Source: Octopus sinensis | Lineage: Eukaryota | Direction: 5' to 3' | NCBI RefSeq assembly: GCF_006345805.1 | Contig: NW_021832850.1 | Span: 1 to 64,000, forward strand | DNA length: 64,000 bases | Shown here: in pieces, positions 12,547 through 24,512 of the stretch | How positions within the stretch are numbered: the stretch's first letter is position 1 | Layout of the letters: each line of letters starts with the position of its first letter | The notes under the pieces: generated by a model | What the model was told of the DNA's origin: nothing | The model's input: the letters and a program-made list of their open reading frames with translations, nothing else | The model's database searches: none | Made by a program: the position numbers and the translations under genes

Positions 12547-15305
12547 GTAAGTTGAAAATATAAAAGAAATATAAAAAAAGTAGCTTGTGAATGCATGGCA
12601 GTACTAATTAACATCATTTTTGTTTAACATTCTCTGTCAATCAAATTTTAAAATTCTAATGGCGTTGAGTAAAAAAGCACATATAACTAAATTATTTGAT
12701 ATTGGAGCATGAAATCTAATTTTCGCTACACTCAAACCCTTCAAGTTTTTGGAATCAACTAATATAGATATTCAAAAGTGATTTTCCCATTTGAATACAC
12801 AACTGTTTAAGTTGAATTTCATTTCAAATCCATGCATCGTCCATATCACTGCATGTCATATTTCAAGTAATGTACCCCTATTCGCATGTCATTTCTGTAT
12901 GGAATGCACGTATGAATGTTTCGTGAAGGAAAATAAGAATTGAAGAACTTCAGGCAGATCCTTTTGGAAGTACTTCATACGATGAATCTGGCTAAGGGAA
13001 TGAGCTTTGAAGAGTATAGTAATCCGAGTGGGTTAGTTTTATCTTGTGACACGTACAAACTGTTAATCCGAAGTCATTCACCAAGCCGGTACATTAATCA
13101 CAGGGAATAACAATTAACCAGGAAAGAATGAGGAATTATGATTTTATTTACTGACACACATTTCGCTATAATTGATTAACCGAACGTTGAGAATACAATG
13201 ATTTGTACAAGCAATCGATCAGTTAAGTAATCAATTAATCATTTGAAAACTGGAACTGTAGTCTCGCAAATTTTCTCTCATCGGACCTTAAAATCTGTTA
13301 CATTTTCCACAGAATTGAACGTTTATATCGACAATATTTGCGGCCATGTAACACCAAAATTGTGGCCTTCAAACTCGGCTTCTACGTATAGGCTTCTACA
13401 TATGAAGCATCGTTGAAAGCGAGACTAATTGACAACCTCATGATACCAGAGCTTCATTAAAGGCCAGCATTGTCCAAGCTTTATCCGAAATGAATAAGGA
13501 CGATTTGGTGGTGACACGTCCACTATTCCGGTCCCGCATCGAAGCAGTAATCCGTCCTGAGAAGTAGAATCAATAAATAATTATATAAGAAAGATTTCGC
13601 GAACATGCTATGTTTTATTTCGATCCCAGTTTGCATGTCGTAAAAGTGACAGAGAACCCATTTATTTATTTAAATCGCATCCATCCACCCATCCATCCAC
13701 CCATCCATCCATCCATCCATCCTCCATCCATCCATGTATACAACATACAAACATATATACATATATTATAATTATCGAATGAGCGAGCAGCGCATGCCAC
13801 GTAACATTTATTAATACTTGGATTATATTTGGATTATGCAAAGTATTCTTAAAGTATGAAATCCTGTTGGAAGAGCGTTCATGTTGTTGGGAGGTAGACA
13901 TTGTCTGTGGCCGTAATTAATACAGTTATTCATTTTCCAGATTAATGAGGCAATAGGAGCTTATTCTTATTTAAGATATACACAAATTCGGAGAGAACTA
14001 GATTAGTTTGTTCTAATTTATATAACGATGCATGTGCTTACAATGTTTATTAATAAGCATTAACCAGGGTCAGACAGTTATGTCAGGGAGAGCAAACCGA
14101 AAAGCTCATAAACACTGTCCTTCGCCATCTAAATTGGCGACTAAAAAATAGAGTTTCAGATATATTTAGGACAGCAAAAAAAAAGCTTTTTTTTTCTCGT
14201 AGGAATGTCACGGATACAAACTTTCTTATCATTTAAAAATTACTAACTATAATATGTGGATGTGAGGACGTGTGTGATGTGTGACGTGTGTGTGTGTGTG
14301 TGTGACTATGTATTCTCCAGTGTAAATACATCGTAACGATCGTTGTATAATTATTCAAATTAGTACAGTGAACTATAAGCATTCTGAGGATATTGTAACG
14401 TAATAGCTTCACATTTATTTATTAATTTAACATTTTGTTTTTCTAGTAATTTGCAGGCCAGTCTAGATTTCATTGTATTTGTATAGAGTTAGATATTTTA
14501 TTTAGGAAGGCAAATATATTGGTTGTGTTTATAAAACAAGAATTTGTCAGATGCTTAAGCTAAAACGTTCAGTGATGTCACAAATAAATATCACAAATGG
14601 ATTATACATATATAAACGTATCTAAAACATCAGTAAAACATTGAATAGTTTATGCACTTTTCCTTATGGCACTTCAAGTAAAAACAAACACAGGAAAAGC
14701 TTGTCACCTATTCCCCAGTGGCTTAATTAATGGCTTGTGGCATCATTACAATTTATCTCTGTTTCATAATTAGTTGGGATCCAATGATATTTCTCACAAA
14801 TTGTAAAGTAACAATAGAAAATAGACAGCGTTCAGTTACCCCCAATTTAATTGATAGATCGGACACCCATAATATCTTTAATTTCAAAATATAACAACTT
14901 TTTAATATCGAGGTATTTTATCTCCTCAAACTAAAATAATTCCTACATTTTCTACTTACAGATCTCACCTTCAACTTTTATCATTTTGTTATATGAAGAG
15001 GATCAAATAAATATTTTCCACATTTCTGATTAGATAATATTTTATAATTGTGCATATTGAGTCTTACTTTCTAATAACTTCCTGGTAAACCCTAATATAG
15101 AGAGAATATACTTTATAACTGAGTAGAAGTTTAGCTGGTTAAACGGTCAGCATGCTTATCTCTGTTCATTTCAAACTGGTTTTTTAACGTGTAATAACTC
15201 TAAAAGCGTATTTTATGGAATTGATTAATTGAGATATTTATCATGCTCTGCGTTAATTTTCTAGAAAATAACTCTTTTTTTTTTGTTGTTTTTCATAAAT
15301 GGAAG

Positions 15306-15346
15306 GAGAGTATGCGAATTTCAATATCAGTGGTGTCTTCATTGAT
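15306..15346 (+). CDS. PTP exon, D2: (G)EYANFNISGVFID
   Basis: Long T tract...ggaag|GA GAG TAT GCG AAT TTC AAT ATC AGT GGT GTC TTC ATT GAT|gtgagt; NISGVFID aligns with YINAxFxD. The acceptor could instead be 15309. Confidence 0.75.
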
Positions 15347-17140
15347 GTGAGTAAATTACTTTCGCACTTTTTATTTTGCTTTAAAATCTTCTGGGTTTAG
15401 ATCGGCATTTACTTTTCTGATGTAGTCGCGAGCGGCTAATGATACCTTGACAGGCCTCACAGTCTGGAATGACACGGATATCACAGCTGGAGTGAGAGAT
15501 CTGTGCATAATGCTCATTTTCAACTGGAGTAAAATGGAGCAACGCATGCTTTTATGAAATCTACTTTCCATTGTTATAATCTAAGAAGAAGGCAATTTCG
15601 AATGTAATGATTTAAAGAGAGACAAACTTTGGCTGTTCTCGATGGATTCTGATGACTTTAATTTGTAGCAACACTATTTGTGCAAAACTTTCTCATGCTA
15701 CTCTCGCTTTACCTGTTGCACACGGTGTGATATGTATGTTTAATTAATCCATATATCCTTAGTAAAAACCTGGTTCCCGATTCCTGGGGGAAATGCTGGA
15801 AACTATTCGTCTGTTTTAATACAGTCTTGTTCTGACAAGTATTATTCGTAGACACTTTAACATGGCTGCCAGAGCAGACTCGACTGCAATTTTTTAACCC
15901 TCAGAGGACATTTCCACTAGTTGGTTAACGATGCACAACTGCATCCGATAAAATTGTTAAAGTGGCTATGAATATTGCATGTCAGTAGAACTACTGCTCG
16001 ATTGAGCTTGGAAAGTAAGGAAACAATAGTAAGGAACAATGATTCTCCAAGGTGAAGAGAAAGGCATGCTGTATGGTTTAGAAACCAAAGCATACGGATA
16101 AGAAGCGAGACAGTTCAGAGATGAAAGCCTTGGCAGGAACATTTTGTATTCAGTAGGGTTGTCATTATTCCCGAGATTAGTGTATGTGCGTTCATTCCCA
16201 ACTCATGTTAATGTGGTGGGTTAGAATAAAATCGCTACCATTGATGTACGATCTGGTCATCATTAGAACATATTCTAACTGCATGCAAATTATAACTTGT
16301 GGTGTAATTTTGATAACACAACCGAATCTTGAACATCTTAAAATACAACTGCATCTAGTATGGTTAATATGAGAAGTATTAGAGTCCTGTTGCAGCTTGT
16401 GCTTTTTCTCAAGATTTGCGAGAAGGGATAACGAGGCAAGAGCTCAGAAAAATCCAGGACATACACTTCTGCTGATGGCTAAAATATGCAGGCGACCTTG
16501 GAGAAATCTCTCGTATTTCCAACTAACACTGGAATAACGAAGCAACATATTGACTTTAAATATAGTCCACATTGTTTAGTTTTGTGCGCAATTCTAAACA
16601 AAAACAAGTGAGTACATTAATGTATTTAAAGTATGTTTATGTTAATGTGCAACAGATGCAGTAGAGGTTGGACGATCGTAAAGAGATCCGCAACGTCTTA
16701 CTTTGGAAGGTTAATTGAGCAGTGATTAGCATACATGAGTCATCGTCTGGCGAACAAACGATAAAAGATGGGAACAAATACGATCATCAGCTCATAATCA
16801 GGCGAAATATTCGTTGTTTGGTTTGCGTTTTTAGTGTGTTGGTGGCATGTTTGAAAGGGAAGAAAAGAGCCAAATTAAATGAATTTGGTTTGCATATGTG
16901 AGTATATATATGTTTGTGTCTTTGTGTGTGATGTATGTGTGTGTGCAGCTGTGTGTGTATGTGTGCGTATGTTAGTGTAAATGTCTCGTCACTGCTCAGA
17001 TATGGAGAAGATATTTCACTCTTACAAAACTACTTCGTTGTATTAAGACAAAACTTACGAATTAAGGCTATACCTGTATTTACTTTTCCTTGTCTGGTCT
17101 CCAGTTTTATAATTTTCTTCCTGTTTCTCTTTTATGTAAG

Positions 17141-17263
17141 GGTCCTTCTTGCGAAAGAGAATTTCTTGTTACAAAATCTCCAAATGAAAACAGTGTTCTG
17201 GAGTTTTTGATGTGTATGCGCAAAAGAGGTTACCTGAATATCGTAGCATTTGATTCAAGCGAG
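17141..17263 (+). CDS. PTP exon, D2: GPSCEREFLVTKSPNENSVLEFLMCMRKRGYLNIVAFDSSE
   Basis: tgtaag|GGT...AGC GAG|gtaaaa; degenerate FIVTQxP...DFWxxV...IV pattern. Confidence 0.85.
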
Positions 17264-17552
17264 GTAAAACTGCAAATATTTTGTTTTCATACTAAAGTTT
17301 TCACTATGTCATGTGTTTCTAATTCATTGCTATCCGAATCGTAATAATTCCAGTAATTTCTTTCAAGAGACACTGTACATTTTGAATGCTGAGAGATATA
17401 TTGTTAATGCTAACTTAATATATAATATTAGGCGGAGATTTTCAGGTTGTTAGTCATCAGATTTTGTTGGCACAGTTGTATGTGTTCCCACATTAATCTT
17501 AAATGTTATAAAAAAAAACTACATAAAACTACCGTATAAATAAGACCAGTAT

Positions 17553-17700
17553 TACGAGGGGTGCTGGAAGTTCCTGGCGTTGGTTTAAAAAATATACATG
17601 AGGATCAGTTAATTATGATTTACTTCAACGTAGTCCCCTCTTAGACTCTCTCGCCTGTTGTAAAGCTCTTTCGGTTGTTTAAACTTGTAAAATAGCTCGG
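17553..17700 (-). mobile_element. Mariner 3'-end remnant
   Basis: TA+CGAGGGGTGCTGGAAGTTCCTGG TIR-like end; the minus strand reads ...LRGDYVE, a typical mariner transposase C-terminus. Confidence 0.55.
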
Positions 17701-18277
17701 AACTTTGGGCTACGAAGCAGGCCTTTCGAGATACCTTTAAAGGCGGGAACTGTTTCAGCACACTTTGTGTATCGAAATGACAATAAAATTGGAGATTATG
17801 AATACAAAGTAGGTCACATGATGTGTAATGAAAGATTTCCAGACAAAGGACATAAAATAAGAACAATAAGAAATCTGAGGTGAAGAACTTGTATACAGTG
17901 CGTGTGTTTATTTGGCAAGAAAAACACTCACCATCCCAAAATATAACAATATTTTACAAATGTTTTTAGGGAGTATTTATACGCATTTTCTGGTGTATCG
18001 TTTACCTAAAAGATTATAAACTTCTCTCTAAATAATACATAATTTCTTATGATTTTCTGCTTGGTTTGTGGAGAGTTACACCATGCCAAAAGAACTTCGA
18101 TAACAAAAACCATAGTACCAACTTTTTAATGAGCTGCCCCATCATTTATATGATATAGGCCTTTGTCGGAGTGATAATTTCTCAATCCTGATGCTTCTAA
18201 CTATACATACTATCATATAATATTTTAACTCATATCACTATTAATATTTCTATCCTTTTTTTCGTTTTTCTACATAG

Positions 18278-18409
18278 GCAGCACCTATGTACTTGCCCAG
18301 GACATTAAATGAAACTGTTAAAATTGGGCCATATCTCCTGGAACTAATAAATGTTGAAGGCAAAGACGTTTGCATACACAGTGTTTTGAAGGTTGAATGT
18401 GATAACAAT
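18278..18409 (+). CDS. PTP exon, D2: AAPMYLPRTLNETVKIGPYLLELINVEGKDVCIHSVLKVECDNN
   Basis: catag|GCA...AAC AAT|gtaagc; YLP occupies the YWP position; GPY motif. Confidence 0.87.
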
Positions 18410-18559
18410 GTAAGCTAATTTCATGTTTAAAATTATTCCACTTTTGAAAATGATATTATAGCTTAATGAAAGCTATACCTTATATTCCTGCATCGTAATA
18501 TATTTTTATATTTTGTTGGTTCATAATAACAACGTAATTAAGGATACTTGTTTTAGTAA

Positions 18560-19070
18560 TATGACAAAATCTCCCGGTAAGTGACCGTTAACTCTGACTT
18601 GTGAATGCAGCTATCCAGCCCCTGAGAAAGGATACGAACCCGGATGTTTTGAGAATAGACAGATGCCAAGTACGGATGGTCAACACTATCGAAAACTTTC
18701 AATTGATCTATGCTGATTAGGGACCCATTAGTGCCATGCTCATTGACAACTCTCTCTCTCTCTCTCCATGATTTATCAGATGAGGTGGAAGTTGTCGTGG
18801 ATTGCTCTGCTTGGGGTGGCACATGTCTGCATCTCTTACCAGTCCCTTCATCAACGACAACCCCCCACTTCTTTGCCAAAATCCTCAGTTTTTAGCAGAG
18901 GCATGGTCCCCTTGTTTGGAATTATTTGGGCAGTGCTACCACTCTTTGGCTTCGAGGATTGTAGTTTCTGCCGTAGAGACCCCTCAAACGGTTTTTGCTC
19001 GTTCGTGTCTTACAGCACGTACCTTGGTTCTGATGATGCAACCTTCGTGATTCGCGTTTAGGAGTTGGTC
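18560..19070 (-). mobile_element. Degenerate L1/Tx1-type non-LTR retrotransposon RT fragment
   Basis: Minus-strand LISIDQLKVFDSVDHPYL resembles the (A)LISLDQxKAFDRVDH RT motif; upstream EGCIIRTKVR segment. Confidence 0.55.
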
Positions 19071-19584
19071 TAAGACCAATCTCGTTGCAAGCACTTCAGT
19101 CGCAAAGTCATTCCAATATTTCTCTTGTAGATTTTTAATTGTCCTTCTAATCTAATTTTATCTATCACCACATCCATACTACCCCTTATCAATTCTATTC
19201 TAACCACATTGTTCAAGGTTTGAAAAAAATCATTCATTTTTTTTATTTGTTGAAATGTCCATATGTCGGAGAAAAAATATTTATGTTCAAGTAACGTTTT
19301 GCTTATTTGGCAATTGCCGAATCATTTCGGGAGTTGTTTTGAGGAGATGAGTCTTCCCCGTTTCTTTTGTTGTTGTTATTTTGTCACCCTGTTAACAGAT
19401 CGACTCAAAGCATTCTAAACAGCTGTCTATTTACACCAAAGAGCAAAAACAAGCAACAAATACCTTTGTTTAGAAATCCTACTCACATAACCGAAGGCAC
19501 GTTCCCACAATGAAAACATTTAGTAATCTAGCAACTGTGGAGTCGAAATAAATATAGTACAAGACAATAGAAATACTGATCCTT

Positions 19585-20001
19585 TCTACCTAGAAACAAA
19601 ATATGAAATTTCAGGGGATAGGGCTAGTCGATCGCATAAACCCCCGTCGCTCAACAAACACTTAACCCAGAAAGGATGAAAGGGAAATTCGAACACGACA
19701 GATTTTGAACGCAGAACGTAAAAACGGACGAAATTCCGCAAGGCATTGTGTCCAGCGCCCTGACAAGTCTGACGGCTCGCCGCCTTAGTAAGGATTTCAG
19801 AGTTTTGACACAAGGCCAGCAATTTCGAGGGATGGGATAAGTCGATTACATCTATCCTAGTGTCCAACTGACACTTATTTTATCTAGCCCGAAAGGATGG
19901 GAGGAAACGTCGATCTCGACGGAATTTGAAGTCAGAACGTCCAGACGGACGAAACACTGCTAATTTTCCAGGCGCGGTAACAATTCTACCAGCTCGCCGC
20001 C

Positions 20002-20003
<2 letters not shown>
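19585..20003 (-). mobile_element. Two tandem SINE family B copies
   Basis: Two ...gctcgccgcctta heads (reverse of aaggcggcgagc) with gaaaggatg...cagaacg cores. Confidence 0.7.
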
Positions 20004-20063
<60 letters not shown>

Positions 20064-20064
<1 letters not shown>

Positions 20065-20480
20065 GTCAGTTCCTCCATGAAACCAACAAATTTAAAGACC
20101 AGGAAGCAGCATGGAGGTGGCTCAAAATGTGTGACCTAAAAAAGAATGTTAAAAGCCTAATCGTCGCTGCCCAGGACCAGGCATTGAATACCAATTCAGT
20201 GAAAAAGAATATATACCACACAAGTCCATCGACCCTCTGTAGAATGTGTAGGAAGAGGGTCGAAAGCGTGATTCAAATTTTTTGTGCTTGTGAAAGTCTT
20301 GCGCAGAAAGAATACAAGCGTAGGCACGATAAAGTAGCCCAAATTCACCTTTGGCTACTATGCCGTAAGTATGGGTGTTTGGTATCACTATACACCGGAA
20401 AATATAATGGACGAAAAGGGAGAGGCAAAAATCCTCTGAGACTTGGATTTCCAGACAAATGTTAGAGCACCGAAGGGAGA
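20064..20480 (+). mobile_element. R4/Dong-type (RLE) retrotransposon C-terminal fragment
   Basis: AAQDQAL, CRMC...C zinc knuckle, YKRRHDKV motifs; directly follows (AAT)20. Confidence 0.75.
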
Positions 20481-20593
20481 CCAACACTGTTTATCTGGAA
20501 ATAAAAATCCCAAAGGTCTTTTCCCTTCCCCTTATCGCCCATTACCTTTTCCGTGTATTATTATTAATTATTATTATTATTATTATTATTATT

Positions 20594-21142
20594 GAGTGAG
20601 AGAGCAGTTCATGCCATCAAAGTGACACTGGGGTAAAATATACGAAGCCCAATATACCCATCATGACTACCCGTCTGATAAAGGTACACCAGGCACATGC
20701 ATCACACACCATATGTGCGCGACATGGTGATCTCATATCAAGATAAACAGCACATGACCTTGCAGGTGGGGCCCAGTTAGAATTTTCTTCAGGTTGTAGC
20801 CCATCCCGCTCAACGGTCCCTGATAAGGGTTGCTTAAGGATGTTGAAAGAACCACCCATGTTTCCAGAGGTGAACTATTCAAACCCCCAAGAATCCCTCT
20901 CAACACATGGCTATGATTCTCCCCACTACTTCTGCTCGTGATCAGAGATGCACATATCGTCAGCCACTAAGGGACATGCTCAACTGGTTAAGGTCAAACA
21001 ACTGACAGCAAATCTGTGGTATTGAGCAGAATATTTGCTGTAGCCCATCTTTTATACCAAGACAAAACAATGTACATGATAACACTTCCAATCAGTTAAG
21101 ATCAGAAGCCATGAGAGCCACTGCCTGGTACTGCATCAGGGC
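20594..21142 (-). mobile_element. 549-bp non-coding element flanked on both sides by (TAA)n
   Basis: Sharp edges against TTA tracts at 20593 and 21143, higher GC than its flanks, no meaningful ORF; orientation is inferred. Confidence 0.55.
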
Positions 21143-21191
<49 letters not shown>

Positions 21192-21194
<3 letters not shown>

Positions 21195-22189
21195 TAGTTT
21201 TATTTTTATAGCGTGATTTCACTTCACTACCGAGCGCAGCTCTGTGCTGTGTGCCTTGACTTTGTGCTGTGATTTGTTGTGATGCCTGATGGTTATTGTA
21301 TGGAAAGTGTTCTGCGTAGGATGTGTGCAGTGCCTAGTAGTGCAATTTTCTGTATGTTATATGTGTTTGTAAGTCCTGGTGTTTTTGTTATGTATTTGTC
21401 TGAATATTTTTTTATCATGCCTAATGCACCTACTATGATAGGAATTGTTTCTGTTTTCAGGTTCCACATTCTAGTTATCTCTATTTCCAGGTCTTTGTAT
21501 TTTGAGAGTTTCTCCATTTCTTTTAGAGACACGTGGTCATCTGCCGGTATTGATACATCAATTAGAAAGCATTTTTTTTCTTCATGATCTCTGACAACTA
21601 TATCTGGTCTGTTGGCCTTAATTTCTCTATCTGTGTGTATCGGCATATCCCAGAGTATGGTTGCTTTCTCGTTTTCTGTGACCTTTTCTGGTGTGTGCCT
21701 ATACCATCTTTTTTCTGTTGTTATTCCATAATGTTGGCATAGCTTCCAATGTATGTAGGTTCCAACTCTGTCATGTCTGTGAATATATTCCTTCTTAGCC
21801 AGGACAGGGCAGCTAGAGATAATATGATTTATTGTTTCTTGTCCATCTCCACATATTCTGCAGTTACTTGTAATATTTCTTTTCATTACATGTTTTTGGT
21901 AATTTCTGGTGGGGAGGCTTTGGTCTTGTGCTGCAATTAAAAATCCCTCTGTTTCTGCTTTGAGTCCTGAGCTTCTCAACCATTGCTGGGATTTTTCTTT
22001 GTCTATTTCTTTTGCGTTTAGTTTAGTGCAGTATTTACCATCAAGGGGCTTTTCTTGCCATCGTTTTATCATGGCTCGTTGCTGTTCTATTTTTAGTTTG
22101 GATTTCATTTGTTTTATAGCTTTTGTTGTTTCTTCATCATCTTCTTCTTCTTCTTTGTGTTTATTAGGTGGTATGATTTCTTGTTTGTA
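21192..22189 (-). mobile_element. 5'-truncated R4/Dong-type retrotransposon (intact 271-aa C-terminal ORF + 3' UTR)
   Basis: ORF 21293-22108: WLRSSGLKAETEGFLIAAQDQSL, CRIC...HIISSC (CCHC), RPDIVV...IDVSIP...EKLSKY (PD-(D/E)xK nuclease); ends in a (TAA)n tract. Confidence 0.9.
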
Positions 22190-22209
22190 TTATTATTGTT
22201 ATTATTATT

Positions 22210-22338
22210 CAGTAGTTTTTTTTTTATAGCGTGCTTTCACTTCACTACCGAGCGCAGCTCTGTGTGCCTTGGGTATGTGCTGTGATTTATTGTGATGCTC
22301 TGATGGTTATTGTATGGAAAGTGTTCTGCGTAGGATGT
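22210..22338 (-). mobile_element. 129-bp 3' stub of the same R4/Dong subfamily
   Basis: Near-identical to 21192-21322; bounded by TTA repeats. Confidence 0.85.
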
Positions 22339-22342
22339 AATA

Positions 22343-22441
<99 letters not shown>

Positions 22442-22773
22442 ATTAAAAATAATAATAATATATATACAATAATTTTACAGTTAAATGTATGCTATGTTAC
22501 AGAATTTTCGCATTCATTAAACTCTTAGGTAATCATAACATACTGTATGCTATGATTACAGGTACCTATAAATGCATTGTCACTTGTCTTTTACTGCCCA
22601 ACTTTGGCATGTAACTTACTGCGATCAAATCCATCCCATCTAGTACCTTTCAGTCACCCGCTAGTACTCGCTCGTGTCTGTGACTAGAATTTTATGAGAA
22701 AATCCTTAAAAGCCAAATAATTTCTTTCAATTTTTATTCATATTTTATTCACAATATTTTTTTGATATTGCAG

Positions 22774-22925
22774 TCGAGGATCGAAGAATTTGAGATCAAT
22801 CATTTCCAAGTCACCATATGGGCGGACGGAAATTATCCATCATCTGCAGAGATTTTAAAACTAAGTGATATTCTCAGCGCTCATCAAAATGAGCAGTTCA
22901 ATAAAAAAATTGCTGTGCATTGTCG
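22774..22925 (+). CDS. PTP exon, D2: SRIEEFEINHFQVTIWADGNYPSSAEILKLSDILSAHQNEQFNKKIAVHC(R)
   Basis: ttgcag|TCG...CAT TGT CG|gtaagt; WAD at the WPD position, VHC motif; phase 0 to 2 as in the D1 counterpart. Confidence 0.92.
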
Positions 22926-23169
22926 GTAAGTGAAAATATTGATAAATTCACAAATTCCCGCTACATCCGTTGTGATCCCATTCGAAAACAATTTCTCTTT
23001 TTAACTAAGTCTTCTATGTTTTTAAATAAGTTTCCCTCTGACCCCGTTTTCTTTATTGCTATCACTTTACTAAACCTTATCGATCGTTATTTAATCACTT
23101 TTTGGGATGGCGAATCCCCACCTGTTATTGACGATTGCCCTAGCGAACATCTGCGTAACTAATAAACTA

Positions 23170-23900
23170 ATGCAGTTTGTGTGAAATCGAGTGTCGGAAA
23201 GAAACGTCCAGCTTCCAGTAACCGCATCCCTGCCTCCAAAGCCTATCTTTGTCGACCGTACAGATTACAGAGTTGTGGATTTCGCAGCCAACAATTTTAA
23301 ATTGAAGATAAATTATGCTTTATCTGCTGGCCTAGAGAACGCTCTATCTAAATACGATCTGAATGATCCAACGCTGTTTGTCCATGTCTACAATGGTGGA
23401 TCCAGAAAATCCATGAAGTATTTTTCAGACCGTTGGAAATATCGAGCAGATTGTGAAGCTTTTTCACCCTGCCCATATCAGCTTGTCTCACAAATCAAAA
23501 CGTACATTCAAGATGATGATACAGTAGCTTTCTAATACTAAAGAATGCTACGGTTCCAAGGAAACCTCCTGACACTTGAAGAATTCTGGTTATCCATCAC
23601 TGCAGGAGCATAAACAACTACTTGTCTGAAGCCCCCTCCCCCAGAATCACCAACGTACTTTCTAGGTCAATTAAAAGGGTAGTTATAGTGAGATCTAGAC
23701 ACTTCCGAAACTCCAAAACACTACGCCTCCCAATCACGTTAGACTTTGGGATTTGCACACCTTATATGAATTGAAAATGTGCATAAAATCTTAAGGCTTG
23801 AAAATTCTGGTTTCGCTGATGGATTTTGCATCTATATCTAGTGACCTTAAGTCATGTATATTTTTACTGCCTAATCTGGATGGCTGCATGGGTTCCACGA
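23170..23900 (-). mobile_element. Degenerate L1/Tx1-type endonuclease fragment
   Basis: Minus-strand HDLRSLDIDAKSISETRI and PEFF...SLVL resemble an APE domain (I.ETR; VYAP...F...L.GD.N), with stops. Confidence 0.4.
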
Positions 23901-24353
23901 GAATTTCTCTCCCTGATGTCCATTACTTCTTTGCGGTATGTGCTTTTAAAGATATCGTGTGTATTTTGTGATATTTGAGTAATATTTTGTGTAATAGCTT
24001 TTATGTATAAATGTAATGTAGTTATTGTGTGTGATACTTCTATGATAACCTATGTTTCCTTCTAGTTGAGTGCTAGAGTCTTTCAAAACCACACACTTCA
24101 CTGCCCACCAAAGTTTTGGTTTTGTAGCATGTTCCAGGCTAACACTGAAGTCCCTCTTCATCCCCCGCAAATCAGTATCAATGCAAAATCATGTAGATTA
24201 CACGGCGAGTCAGTAAGTACAGAGAGGCGAGAATGGGCATCATTGATGGGCCGAACGAGCGAAGTTAAACTATTTTGATAGGTGGTCATTTACTTTAGCC
24301 ACCGAACAGATGTCGTTGTACATAGCAGATATTCAGCCTCTGAAAACAGGACT

Positions 24354-24354
<1 letters not shown>

Positions 24355-24445
<91 letters not shown>

Positions 24446-24447
24446 AT

Positions 24448-24500
<53 letters not shown>

Positions 24501-24512
24501 AATAATAATAAT
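24355..24512. repeat. Compound (AAT)n-(GAT)n-(AAT)n trinucleotide tract
   Basis: Directly visible; abuts the R4/Dong copy at 24513. Confidence 0.95.

Noticed and set aside
13313-13347. Possible extra linker exon (ELNVYIDNICGH)
   Set aside because: Weak donor and no PTP similarity; the 55-nt and 41-nt exons already give compatible phases.
21105-21142. U2 snRNA-like stem-loop (cctggtactgcatcagg)
   Set aside because: Only a short resemblance; no branch-point recognition region or Sm site in the right context.
23191-23535. 114-aa plus-strand ORF as a nested gene
   Set aside because: No ATG start; better explained as the antisense frame of a decayed L1/Tx1 fragment.
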